DNA of 37,587 bases, taken from the NCBI GenBank assembly GCA_900617105.1, contig UYFQ01000202.1, positions 62,001 through 99,587 on the forward strand, in the 5' to 3' direction. Every line of letters starts with the position of its first letter. The stretch's first letter is position 1. The DNA is from Hydrurus foetidus. Its lineage: Eukaryota. Below the pieces are notes generated by a model. The model ran no database searches and was not told the DNA's origin. It saw only the letters and a list, made by a program, of their open reading frames with translations. Below are positions 12,447 through 24,055 of this stretch, one piece after another. Position numbers and translations under genes: made by a program.

Positions 12447-15400
12447 TCACTCCGCGTAAGATAAAATCCTTCTAGAAGCTGCTCTAGTAGCCCTGCCCCC
12501 GTCTATGAAACTTTCCGACACAGAGCTCTTTCCTTTTCGCCTGTACGGTGAAGCGCCTGGCACAGGGGTAGCTGCCTTCGCTTTCGATTTAACCCATAGG
12601 GTCACCTTCCCGCCCTTGGTTGGGGACCCTTCCAGCTGGTCGAACTCATCCATGATGCCGAATGAGCGGGAGTGCTCGATGAAGGTGGAGAGGGCCATGG
12701 CGACCTCGCTGACAGTGCGGGATCGCTGCAACGTGTCCAGCCACCTCGCACGCACCCCTGCTGTGGGCCATAGAGTGGGTGCGCTGTCCCCCTCCGCTCT
12801 CTCTACTTCCTCTATGTCCTCCTGAATGGGATCCTCTTCCTCCTCATCACTTTCAGATGCCTCTGCCTCGTCATCTTCAAAGAGATTCTCTTCGAACCAC
12901 CTGATGCTCTTTAACACGTCCTCCCTGTCTAAGTCCTCCTCGTCTCCATCCTGGTGCTCCATGCGCCACAGCTCCATGCCCTCGTTCTTGTTGGAGGGCA
13001 AGTAGCCCACAATGATTCCATCACTCCTTCCATGCCCCTTGAAGAATCTCCGCAGTCTCTTGCCGATGAAGCTCAGTTGTTCCTTGAGATTGTCATCCTC
13101 CTCTGTGATGTCAGCTACCTCCTCAAACCTCCACCCTTCCTTCAACATGACAGCTCTCGCCTCTGCCTTCTCTCTCGCAGCTTCTATTTCATCGTTCTCG
13201 TCCTCACCCTTCTGTACTGAACGAACGACAGCTTCAAGCTCTTGGACTGCACTCCTTAATTCTGACAATTCTTCAGCCGCCTTGACAGAGTTCTCCCACG
13301 CCCTCTTGCCCTCTCTGTCCTTGCAGTAGCTGCTGCCTCTCCTCTTGAGACCGTCTAGCAGCAGGATCTGACAACGCATCAACTCCTGTCTAAGGCCTGC
13401 AATGCCGATCTGAAAGGGCTTCACCCCTTGATTGCCAATCACAATGCTTCTGTTGTAGGCGACTAGATCGGGCTCGTCCTCTTCATTGCATTCCTTTGCA
13501 AAGGTCGGTCTCTCCCCGTCCTCCTCAGTGGTCATATCGACCAGCGAATCGGTGGACTTCGCTCTTGTCTCCCTCTTCTCTACGATGGCACTGTTGTGTG
13601 CGTGTGTGCGTATTCATGGTGCATTGTGATGAGTGACTAGAAAAGAGGAAGAAAATGACAGGTGTTCTTTGTACGTACGTTTCTTCGCCTCCTTCTCCTT
13701 CTTCCGTGGCGGCTTCCATGCTCTCCAGGATCTGTTAGAGCGACATTTGGGAGTGAGAAGTAGATAGATATTTGGTTGAGCGGAAGTGGAGAATTTTGTT
13801 AAGTGGGTATGTGGGGGAGGATGCTTTACTGCGAAGCCAATCATGCAGTCGACCCATGATAAAGATTCATTCATCTTTGCCCACGTGGAGTGATCGCGGT
13901 ATGGACAAAGCAATAGTAAGTTGTCAAGTGGAGTGGGCTGACTCCATCACATCACATCACATCACATCAAATTGCAGCACACTACATTACATTACATATC
14001 ATCATGATGGTTGGATGTACCTCATGCAGCTCCAGATCCTCCACGTCTCCGTCGCTGTGATGTATTTGCCACAAGGCGCAGTCGTCTCCGAGTGCGGGCA
14101 GCCATCCAACGATTAGACCGCGTACTCGGCGCTGTGGGGGAAGAGTCAGTAGCAGGATACGGTAAAGTCATGCGCAGCAACAAAGACAGCTCAACTGAAC
14201 TCAGCCCAGCCCAGCCCAGCCCTCTCTTAATTTCCTTCTCTTCTCTTCTCTTCTCTTCTCTTTACTTTTCTTTCAAACAACGGGGCAGGGCTAAGTCCAG
14301 GGCGCATAAAGTATTGTGATGACTCAGCAGTAATGGAGTCGACAGAGAACGTGCTTACCTTTTTGCCGAAGGTCCTCAGAACCACCTTGCCAATGTACTC
14401 GTTTCCCTCTTTCAAAAACACCACTGGTGGCTCAGATATGTCGAAGTGTGACCGGATAGCCGCCTTCAACTCCCTCTCGCGCTCCCCCCTGTCGTCGAGA
14501 GCTTCGCAAAGAGCCCACAGCTCGTTGGCGGAATACACACTCCACCTGGACACACGGGCACTGGGTCTGCTGCCGATCAGACGACACAGGGGCTGGTCGA
14601 TACTCAGATCCAGCCCACTGCCTGCACCTGCATCCCTCGCTGCTGATACAATGAACTCAGGTAGGTCAACAGATCTGTCTGTGCAGGATTTTGCTGTGGA
14701 GGGTTTCGGTGCTTTGATGGACCCCGCGTAGTAGTTGCCATCAGGGAAGCTCCTCACATAGGCAACATCTTTCTCGGCCTCACTGATGCTTTGCAGCGTC
14801 ATGGGAGGGGGAGGAGGGGTGTAGGCAAAGGCCAGACTGGTGTCGCACTCTACAAATACCCTTGACTCATCGTTCATGGAGTGTGGGAACAGCCAGTACC
14901 TGCGGTGGAACCTGTCCGACCCAAGTGGCGATGACCGCACACATAACTCACTGAGCTCCTTCTCGTGGTGGGAGAGCGCTTTCTCCTCTTTGGCCTTGGA
15001 TTCTAGAGATGCCTGCAGCTTGTACACTTGTTTGAGCAGCTCGGTGCAGTAGGTGCTGCCGTCCTCGTTCCGCCCCCTGAACCCCGCTTTAACCCCTTGT
15101 CTGATGGCGAGTCGCACCTCCTTCTCCCCCCCTGTGGCTATGGCGCGCTCTAAGCTGTCCTTCGCAAGGTTCACCTGTATGAGTCGACTCTCCCGCTCCA
15201 CCCGCTGTCTCTTACGATCGTTGGCTTTCCCTCTCACGGAGGCTCTGTTGCGCACGGTGTACGTGCCGTCCGGATTGAGTGTGTAGTCGTTGTCTTCTTC
15301 TTCCTCATCAGAGAGGGGCTCCTCCTCTGCCAGCGACTCCACCACCTCGTCCACTCCCAGTCTCTCCAAGAGAGCCATCTCCTCGAGCATTGCAGCCACT

Positions 15401-17504
15401 TGAGTGGATGTGGGTTCATTGTCCTTGCCTGCCTTTGCCTTGGGTTTCCCCGCCTTACCGCCCTTGGTCACCTTCGTGACGACAGCTGCATTCGCCAGAC
15501 GATTGATTTCCTTGCACTTCTCTATCGCAATGGCGCTTCTTGCAACACTCACTTCCTTCGTCTTCGCTTTTTCCTCTCTTATCAGCTTACTCATAGCACT
15601 CACTCTATCTGCCCTCTCATCTGCGTTGCTGGCTAGTAGTTCTGTCAGCCTCTGAGTGTCGTAGCACGCATCGCATATCGTCTTCAGGGCTGCCAGCTTG
15701 TGCTCTATGGAGAGACAGTGCAGCTCCTTTGTCTCCAGTAGAATAGCAGCTTCAAGCACTAAAGAAAGCTCCTGTCGAGGGTCACTAGTGACGAGGAATA
15801 AGTTGTCCTTGTTCACTTGTTGGGCTCGTTTCTTGCCCCCATTTGACAGTCTCCTGTTTTCTGTTGGCCTCACTGCGCTCTGTTTTTCTTGCATGGACTG
15901 AGAGTCTCCTTCCTGTCCCTCAGAGAGCATGAAGCCCCTCGCGTCTTCTAATGTTGCAGAGAAGGTGAGACGTCTCTGGGACTTGGACGAGGAGGATGAG
16001 GAGCCCGCAACGGACAGTGACATCAAGTCTTTATCGTCTTCATCTCCTGTGCTGACTCTCACGTGAGAGGGCGCAGGGATGGGGGCGTCCTCCGGCACAT
16101 CTGCCGCTGCTCTCCTCAGCTGTTTAACCGGTTCTAGCCGGAGCAACACGGCCCTCAGAACGCCCTGCCAACTCAAGGGGTCCACTAGTTCTGCTCTTAG
16201 CCGCCTTGGTAGTAGCCGTACGCCGTTAAAAGCGGTGTCGAAGTCCGCCTCATTCTCCACATGCGCACTGTCCTCGCCGTTCTCAACGAGAGGAGCGGTG
16301 ATTTGTGAGCGGTTAGCGAAATTAAGTCTGCGCGGTATAGCGGCAGACAGCTTAGCAGCGAGCTGTGAGTCAGACAGCAACAGTCTCAGTGGGGCGCAGA
16401 ACAATTCTGTGAGAGCAGGAGACGCGCGGCCAGTGAACTTGAGCAGTTCTATCAGAGGGTCGATTGCGATGGAGTTGAGACTCATCTGCTTCCTGTAATA
16501 TCGGTGATAAAGTACATGAGGTGAGATGTCTGACGTGTCCTTCTCCTTCTCTTCTGTAAGAGGTGGCGGGAATGCAGTTGTGATAGCACGACAATAAAAA
16601 AGTTGTGAAGGAATAAGATGTATCACCTGAAGTTATTCAGAAAGTCCCACACTCTGATGGCATCGTTTGTAAGCTCGTCAGGGAGAGAGAGAGCCACCAT
16701 AGCCTCTGGCAGAGGCTGAGGCTGCTTGCCCTTGACATCCAGGGACACGATGAGGTCGTCTCTCACAGGATACCTGCGATGGTAGTCATCTTTAGACGAC
16801 TGACATGCTTTAAGAGTTGGAGAGGCAGCATCGAAATCTTCTTTTCGAACGCGGAAAGCAAACTTCGACAGAATAGGGGGACATCACTTCAGTACGAACT
16901 CACTTGATTTGCTCCTCAATGGTGCGTTGAAGCTTCAACTTATCTTTGCGCATTTTATCGAGATTCAATTTCAAATCCTCAACCTAGGTGGACGATAGAG
17001 AGGAAAATGGTGGCGTTCTTGAGTTGGGGATTTGTACGTGAACGGTGGACAAAATAAGATTGAAGCCAAAGATGGTCTCCAGTATAGTTTCGTTGCATGT
17101 GATTTCTTACATCTTTATCAAGATCGGCAATCTTCCGCTTCCTCACTAATGCAGCGGAGGCTGGTGTTGCTGATTTTTTCGTCGAAGACTTAGGTTTTGG
17201 GGCTGATGCAGGGTCTGCCAATGATTTTGGAGTCGTTCCTACGGATAGTCTGACCTTCCTTACTATTGGGGAGCTGTTCGTATGGCATGCACGGGTTCTG
17301 TTAAATATTTGCAATAGAAGCCTATGTTATCATCCCATTAATAGGAGTATATTTCTCTGACCTAATTCTCTTGGTTGCCTCCGACAGCAATTTCTTTTGA
17401 TGTGAGAGAATAGCACCATTGCTGTGACCGTTACCATTCCGGTCTGCCGGTGAGACGGGTGGATGTGGAGACGATATCGCCCGTTTACCATCAATGTCGT
17501 CCAT
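12447..17504 (-). CDS. DDT/WHIM (BAZ/ACF1/PTM-like) chromatin protein with two Tudor-like domains, multi-exon
   Basis: WHIM1-like LSIEHKLAALKTICD; WHIM2/WSD PLGSDRFHRRYWLF; WHIM3 WSVYS.NELWALCEALDDRGERERELK. Tudor-like 1 is split across exons (YIGKVVLRTFGKK | RRVRGLIVGWLP..LWQIHHSDGDVEDL at ~14022-14131); Tudor-like 2 is FIGKRLRRFF..GIIVGYLP..LWRMEHQDGDEEDLD. Start ATG tentative. Confidence 0.75.
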
Positions 17505-18717
17505 GATTGTTATCTCATTCACTATCTCACTCTACGTAACGGGATGATGTGGCGAACAAAATGAGGAAGGCAGTAAAGAGGATAGCGAACATTTCACATT
17601 TGATTTAGATAGTTTTGGAAAGTCAAAACATGACGACCTTGTCACAAGATTGCTGAATGGCAGGTTCTTCACTCAGTGATACTTTGGATGCACTATAATG
17701 TCAGTGACCAACTGGCAGGTTCATGGCATCGATGCGGTGCTTCTAGTTTCATTTCGATTTTCAAAAATGGCGTGCCGATTTCAAAAATGTTGTGTGTTCA
17801 GCGATCGAAATGGACCTTGGATCAGTCCAGTCACCGTGTGTGTGTCGTGTGTCTACTGACAAACACATTTTTTTTTAGATGCGAAGGGTCCTCTGGTGTC
17901 AGCCGTCCGTTCCGAGTTTTCCTTTGTATCATCTTCACCGGCATGAAAAATATCATGAAGTTTGGTATACTGAAAGAATCCGGGTGTCAGTATCCAGAGA
18001 ATGAGTTTTCATTTTCAAAAACTGCGACTGCTACCTATCTTGAGGTTCAACCTGGTACTTTTTTGCTTCCTATAGTGGCTTCCAAAAAGAAGCATTGTAA
18101 GAATTTATAGAGAAGAAACTATTGAAAACATGTATCTCTTTCATTTATTGCGTCCTCGCTGGCAGTCAAATGAAAGAAAAGAGCTCGTATCATAGAGGGT
18201 TTCGGATGTCCAACTGAATGCTTCACTAACAGTTTTATGATGTCACATGATACAGATAGAAGAAAATGTACAATGTCTTCAATGTCATAATACTGACTGG
18301 CACGCTTTTAGGCGTGAATATATACGCTAGCTTAAGTGTACTTCACTAATTCTGGAGTCGATATGCAAATGTTACGATTGCGGAGGTTCTGGATGGACCT
18401 CGGCCATGGGTGACGTGGACAGATATATATGAAGGAGATGCTTGACTGCATATTGCCAGTTGAACGACAAACATCTGAAGAAGCAATGCGTCTTCGGTTA
18501 CTGTTCCTCTGCATGTAAGCGAAGTGGCGACGTCAGCTGTTCTGACACAAAAAGGATTCAGAATGGACGAGAGCCCGTTGATAAAAATTCAAGTTTGGCA
18601 CCTGAAACATTGCTGATGCGCTGATGGATGTATTTCATTGTAAGTCATTTAAGCTGAATAATACAGTGGTCGTAGTATTTGATTGTAAGATTAAAAAGTA
18701 GAAAACAAATTAAAAGA

Positions 18718-20082
18718 GATGTGATGTGATGTGATGTGATGTGATGTGATGTGATGTGATGTGATGTGATGTGATGTGATGTGATGTGATGTGATGTGAT
18801 GTGATGTAATGTAATGTAATGTAATGTGATGTGATGTAATGTAATGTAATGTAATGTAATGTAATGTAATGTAATGTAATGTAATGTGATGCAATGTAAT
18901 GTAATGTAATGTAATGTAATGTAATGTAATGTAATGTAATGTAATGTAATGTAATGTAATGTAATGTAATGTAATGTAATGTAATGTAATGTAATGTAAT
19001 GTAATGCAATGTAATGTAATGCAATGCAATGTAATGTAATGTAATGTAATGTAATGTAATGCAATGTAATGTAATGTAATGCAATGTAATGCAATGCAAT
19101 GTAATGTAATGTAATGTAATGTAATGTAATGTAATGTAATGTCTAATGTAATGTAATGTAATGTAATGTAATGTAATGTAATGTAATGTAATGTAATGTA
19201 ATGTAATGTAATGTAATGTAATGTGTCTGTAATAATGTGTCTGTAATGTCTGTCTGTAATAATGTAATGTCTGTAATGTAATGTATGTAATGTAATGTAA
19301 TGTAATGTAATGCAATGTAATGTAATGTCTGTAATCTGTCTGTCTGTAATGTCTGTATGTAATGTAATGCATAATGCAATGTAATGTCTATGTAATGTAA
19401 TGTAATGTAATGTAATGTAATGTAATGTAATGTAATGTAATGTAATGTAATGTAATGTAATGTAATGTGTGTAATGTAATGTAATGTAATGTAATGTAAT
19501 GTAATGTAATGTCTGTAATGTAATGTAATGTAATGTAATGTAATGTAATGTAATGTAATGTAATGTAATGTAATGTAATGTAATGTAATGTAATGTAATG
19601 TAATGTAATGTAATGTAATGTAATGTAATGTAATGTAATGTCTGTAATGTAATGTAATGTAATGTAATGTAATGTAATGCTTAATGTAATGTAATGTAAT
19701 GTAATGTAATGTAATGTAATGTAATGTAATGTAATGTAATGTAATGTAATGTAATGCAATGTAATGTAATGTAATGTAATGTAATGTAATGTAATGTAAT
19801 GTAATGTAATGTAATGTAATGTAATGTAATGTAATGTAATGTAATGTAATGTAATGTAATGTGATGTGATGTAATGTAATGTAATGTAATGTAATGTAAT
19901 GTGATGTAATGTAATGTAATGTAATGTGATGTGATGTGATGTGATGTGATGTGATGTGATGTGATGTGATGTGATGTGATGTGATGTGATGTGATGTGAT
20001 GTGATGTGATGTGATGTGATGTGATGTGATGTGATGTGATGTGATGTGATGTGGTGTGGTGTGATGTGATGTGATGTGATGT
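18718..20082 (+). repeat. ~1.36-kb pentanucleotide satellite: (GATGT)n - (AATGT)n core - (GATGT)n
   Basis: Visible directly; a degenerate patch with GTCT variants lies at ~19140-19400. Confidence 0.97.
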
Positions 20083-20083
20083 T

Positions 20084-20644
20084 CTAATGAATCAGTGTGA
20101 CATTACCCAATATATTATTTATATTCGATGTATTCAGAGCTATATTCGAGTATAGTCTTGTTGATAATGATTTTAATGAAGTATCGTTTGCAGATATGGT
20201 AGAAGATAGCGATTGCAAAGCAGTAATATTGGATGTGTTTGTAGTATTATTGGATTGTAGAGTTGTGATATTGGATGTGATACTTGGAATATTGAACCCA
20301 GTCGTGATGGTTTGTAATGAAGCAACGTTTGCATATATATTTGATGATAGTGATTGCAGAGCAGTAATATTGGATGTGTTTGTAGTATTATTGGATTGTA
20401 GAGTTGTAATATTGGATGTGATACTTGGAATATTGAACCCAGTCGTGATGGTTTGTAATAAAGCAATGTTTGCAATGATAGGGCTTGTTATAATCGCGAT
20501 GGCTGTATTCATCGACGTCGTATTGGGTATTTTTATTCTATTTTGTGATAATATTCCAGATACAGCTAGAGCTTCCGATATAGTAACATCGCTCAATCCT
20601 CCGATAGAAACGCTATTAGTCGTTGTTTTAATGAATGTACTCAT
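20084..20644 (-). CDS. Viral fibre-like coiled-coil protein with a 47-aa tandem duplication (probably truncated at the satellite)
   Basis: N/T/S/I-rich with heptads (SNITTLQ, SNITALQ); 141-bp duplication starting at ~20211 and ~20352; stop codon within 2 nt of the GATGT array. Confidence 0.55.
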   Translation of the reverse strand: MSTFIKTTTNSVSIGGLSDVTISEALAVSGILSQNRIKIPNTTSMNTAIAIITSPIIANIALLQTITTGFNIPSITSNITTLQSNNTTNTSNITALQSLSSNIYANVASLQTITTGFNIPSITSNITTLQSNNTTNTSNITALQSLSSTISANDTSLKSLSTRLYSNIALNTSNINNILGNVTLIH

Positions 20645-20851
20645 ATTATATGTATATATTGTATGAATATTATTTTTATAATCTAACTTGTTTTTTGAAA
20701 ATGCATATTGTCATTCATTGATTCCCGGACTGAATTCAAGTAATATTTTGTCCGTCTACCTTCATCAGTATGTTCGTGCTCTCTATTTGGTTTCACTTTT
20801 TTTTACGTGTCCCAGCGAGAATCTTTTCTACGTGATCCATAAAACTACTAT

Positions 20852-21667
20852 TCAATTGGATTTTCCATCCGGTTTATCGAAATTCAATTTAACAAATATG
20901 TCTGATATTTCTTTACGGAAAGTTGTATATTTATCATTCGGAGTGACCCGTAGTTTGTCTAGTATATGATTCATCTTAGATATTTCTGCGTTAAATCCAG
21001 CATCTGCATCTTCATCCCTATTTGATACAGTTGGTCTAAATGCAGGCTGAACGACGATTTCATCTTGTCTTGGTATTTTTTTGACACTTTCAGGTTCGGG
21101 TTCGGTTGATTCTTCCATGGGTGTGGAGTTGTCCATAAACGCTTTCACTCTGGGATCAGTAAAAAAATCCCCTGGTATTTCCGATTCACTATTCTCCTCC
21201 TTTCTATAAATATGATTTCTCAATTTTTCTTCTGTCATCTGTCCCCCCATCAGATTCATAGCCTGAGCGGCTGGATTTTCCAGTATTATATCGCTATCGG
21301 GAGGCGTACCGTATAATGATGCCATAGCTCCAGGCTGCATCCGGACACTAGATTCGGCATATCTCGATACACCTTGTTTTTGTTTATTACATAAATTCGG
21401 TCGAATCTGACTTACTGATGTATGCATTGGAGCCAGCACATCATATTTGCTCTGTCTTGATGTAAACATAAAGCCATCTACATTCGGTCTTGCATTTGAT
21501 CTAAATCTATCCGTTTCTTTATATATCGGGAAATTATTAATACTCTTGATTTTATTTACGTCTAAACCGTGTCTGTTATCAACTTTATTTGGGAATTTCT
21601 TTAATAATTCAGCTCTCAATACCCTATTTGTGAATTCGGAATCTTCTAACATATGGAAATTATACAA
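20852..21667 (-). CDS. Hypothetical viral protein (C-terminus possibly frameshifted)
   Basis: 271-aa ORF inside the AT-rich block; protein-like sequence continues in another frame (LNSSFMDHVEKILAGTRKKK). No motif recognised. Confidence 0.5.
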   Translation of the reverse strand: MYNFHMLEDSEFTNRVLRAELLKKFPNKVDNRHGLDVNKIKSINNFPIYKETDRFRSNARPNVDGFMFTSRQSKYDVLAPMHTSVSQIRPNLCNKQKQGVSRYAESSVRMQPGAMASLYGTPPDSDIILENPAAQAMNLMGGQMTEEKLRNHIYRKEENSESEIPGDFFTDPRVKAFMDNSTPMEESTEPEPESVKKIPRQDEIVVQPAFRPTVSNRDEDADAGFNAEISKMNHILDKLRVTPNDKYTTFRKEISDIFVKLNFDKPDGKSN

Positions 21668-21697
21668 GACACATATATTTTTTATTCAAATAATTTT

Positions 21698-22105
21698 TTA
21701 TTCGATGACATTAGCTCTACCTTTCAATGACATCTTGCTTGAAACAAGCGTTTCAAAATCATTTGGGAGTATGATATCGATCGCACGATCCACGTGGTCA
21801 GCAAGATCACTCGCCACCTGTAGAGCGAAATCGTTGATTTCCTGTGATGGATATCCAGACCTATAATTTGATGTACCTAGCATACCGATTGGGTTTCCAT
21901 CCAGAGCAGCTCCCGTGGAAAATACATTAAAAATTGTTTTATAAAGCTGACCGTCAGCGTCTTCTTTCACTTTTTTCGAAACCTCCTGTCTGAGTTTGAA
22001 ATAATCTGCGGGCTTGCTTAATGCAAGAGCACGTACGTTTGCTACGTACGTTGAGTAGTTGAATCCAAGGACATCGTTGGTGTTAAGCATAAACTGATTA
22101 CTCAT
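21698..22105 (-). CDS. Hypothetical viral protein (probable start MSNQFML)
   Basis: Globular-looking ORF directly downstream of the ATPase on the same strand. No motif recognised. Confidence 0.55.
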   Translation of the reverse strand: MSNQFMLNTNDVLGFNYSTYVANVRALALSKPADYFKLRQEVSKKVKEDADGQLYKTIFNVFSTGAALDGNPIGMLGTSNYRSGYPSQEINDFALQVASDLADHVDRAIDIILPNDFETLVSSKMSLKGRANVIE

Positions 22106-22143
22106 TTTTTGGGGTATACATAACCAATATATATTCATTTCGA

Positions 22144-22794
22144 CTAAACAACATAGGATTTAGGCGTTTTGATAACACCGTATATTTGATTTAAATCATC
22201 GCTATCTTAGATACTGTTATTATTGACTATCAAAAATTTGTAATCTTTCGTTGATCTATAGTACAGTTTCACAAATTCATTTTCGTCTAAATCTCCGGAT
22301 AGATATTCCTTGGCCAATAATTGTATACTTTGTCGATTCATCTGGCCGACAATACACCAATCCACGTTCGACCGACATATAGGTGGAAGATTGTATAGAT
22401 ATTGGCACGTTGCAATAACAGCAATATTTATATGCCTACCTCTTGTATACAGTTACTTTAATGCGGGTGAATTATTGAAATTGGTATCACTCATAACTTC
22501 ATCTAAAATAATCAGTATATTCTTTTTTTCTTCCTTTGATTTGTTAGCATTCTGATGTGTCATTTTTTGGATCAATGAATCAGCCCATTGTTCATTCCAT
22601 GAATCAAAAATACAATTTGCTTTGACGAGATCTGAATATAATGAATTGACTGATTCTGTAGGACATATCACAAATATATTACTAAATTTCGATTTAGAAC
22701 TTTGTACTAAATATTTCAATAAAACAGATTTTCCTGAATTTCGTTTGGCCACTAATGATGTCGTTTTATTTACGATATCTAATGTAATACTCAT
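22144..22794 (-). pseudogene. A32-like (FtsK/HerA superfamily) DNA packaging ATPase with two in-frame TAA stops
   Basis: Walker A VAKRNSGKS and Walker B ILIILDEV. Reading through TAA 22453-22455 gives LYTRGRHINIAVIATCQYLYNLPPICRSNVDW (GRH and xQY motifs typical of A32 ATPases). Second TAA at 22207-22209; ends at TAG 22144-22146; 217 codons in total. Confidence 0.85.
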
Positions 22795-22825
22795 AATATT
22801 TATATGATATTATGATATTTTTCTC

Positions 22826-23068
22826 CTAAACAATCACCGATCTAACGAATGCCATACACCAGGCACAGGTATAATCTGGATGCTCTGTATGATATTACCT
22901 TGCTTTTTCGTGAAATAATTTTGTATGTGATCCACGTTTATCGTTTAACTTTTTTTCTATTTTATTTATTTCATATTCACGAAATTCATCCACTTCTGTG
23001 ATAAAATCACCTAATTCTTGAAATGTATCAAATTTCAGTACAATCTCATGATCTCTTTGTAAATCCAT
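22826..23068 (-). pseudogene. Small viral ORF (81 codons) with an internal TAA; absent from the ORF track
   Basis: MDLQRDHEIVLKFDTFQELGDFITEVDEF...HEKAR*YHTEHPDYTCAWCMAFVRSVIV; internal TAA at 22895-22897. Confidence 0.5.
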
Positions 23069-23196
23069 ATAGGAGATATAATTTTTGTAAATAAAATTTA
23101 AATATGAATCTCTTTAATTCTTTTTTCATTAATTCAAAATAAAACATTATATAATATAAAAATATTTTGTTTTTATTTTTATTTTTATATTTTATT

Positions 23197-23613
23197 TTAT
23201 TTTATTTTGATTAATTCTCTAATATCGATAAAAAAATGATTAATTCCATTTATTTTACCTTGTCTCAAAAATAATTTCCAATCGTATTTCCAACAATATA
23301 GGCCATTCACATTTTTAAATACATAATAATGATTTTTAATCCCTCCCATCATTCTCGATTTATTTATTTTTTGTACACCAATAGCTGTATCTTGATATGT
23401 CAATCTATAAACTGATCTCGATTTAAATTCAATTTTCTTGTCTTTTCCAAAAAAATCAAATTGATTACCTTCGTGTAATGGATAGATTGTTCCGTCTTCG
23501 AAATAATCTCGTAATGTGTCGAGTACTTCCATCTCTGCGATCAGACCTAATTCATATCGTTCTTTATTGAATTTGGGAGTCTTCTTGAAAATATTGAATT
23601 GTTCGATGTTCAT
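23197..23613 (-). CDS. PD-(D/E)xK-like nuclease-fold protein of viral type
   Basis: G..AE helix followed by FDF...IEFKSR (D...ExK arrangement). Confidence 0.55.
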   Translation of the reverse strand: MNIEQFNIFKKTPKFNKERYELGLIAEMEVLDTLRDYFEDGTIYPLHEGNQFDFFGKDKKIEFKSRSVYRLTYQDTAIGVQKINKSRMMGGIKNHYYVFKNVNGLYCWKYDWKLFLRQGKINGINHFFIDIRELIKIK

Positions 23614-24055
23614 ATAAGATGGCTACAGAAAAGAATTCTTCGAAAGATTTGAAACTTTTGCAATTTTGCTAACGCCTCATAAAATAGACTACTTCTGAGA
23701 TTATAGAACTTTAAATCATATACAAAAGATGTGCGACTTGCCGGTTTTTTCAATCAGCTTCTTTTCAAATTCGACACTTGAAAGACTATCACGACCTACT
23801 CTTAAATCAAGCTTTTTTTTAAACACCCACACTTTACGATTAAAACATAATATACAAACAATACATAATGCAGAAAGAGAACATTAGAAACAAGATGAAT
23901 GAATTGCACGAGGTTGCTACCCTGTATAGTAGAAGTACGAAGAAAGAATCCAAAGAAGTTGAGGGAGATATTGGAGAATTGCAGGTCCCGTGGGATAGTC
24001 TACAGAACTAATTAAACAATCTATCGTATTGAGGCTGTGCAGTCTAAAATCATAT

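Larger units (their letters stand above)
20084..23613 (-). mobile_element. Endogenous Polinton-like virus / virophage-like fragment (decayed)
   Basis: Markedly AT-rich, intronless, tightly packed co-oriented ORFs including an A32-like packaging ATPase, a fibre-like repeat protein and a PD-(D/E)xK-like ORF. No capsid, integrase or TIR recognised. Confidence 0.75.

Noticed and set aside
17640..18650. Possible degenerate transposase or gene on the plus strand
   Set aside because: Only short fragmented ORFs; no convincing motif, TIR or TSD could be identified.
18645..19759. ORFs with HYITL/HHITS repeats (likewise the LVLSC ORFs at 7502-7964)
   Set aside because: They are translations of pentanucleotide satellites.
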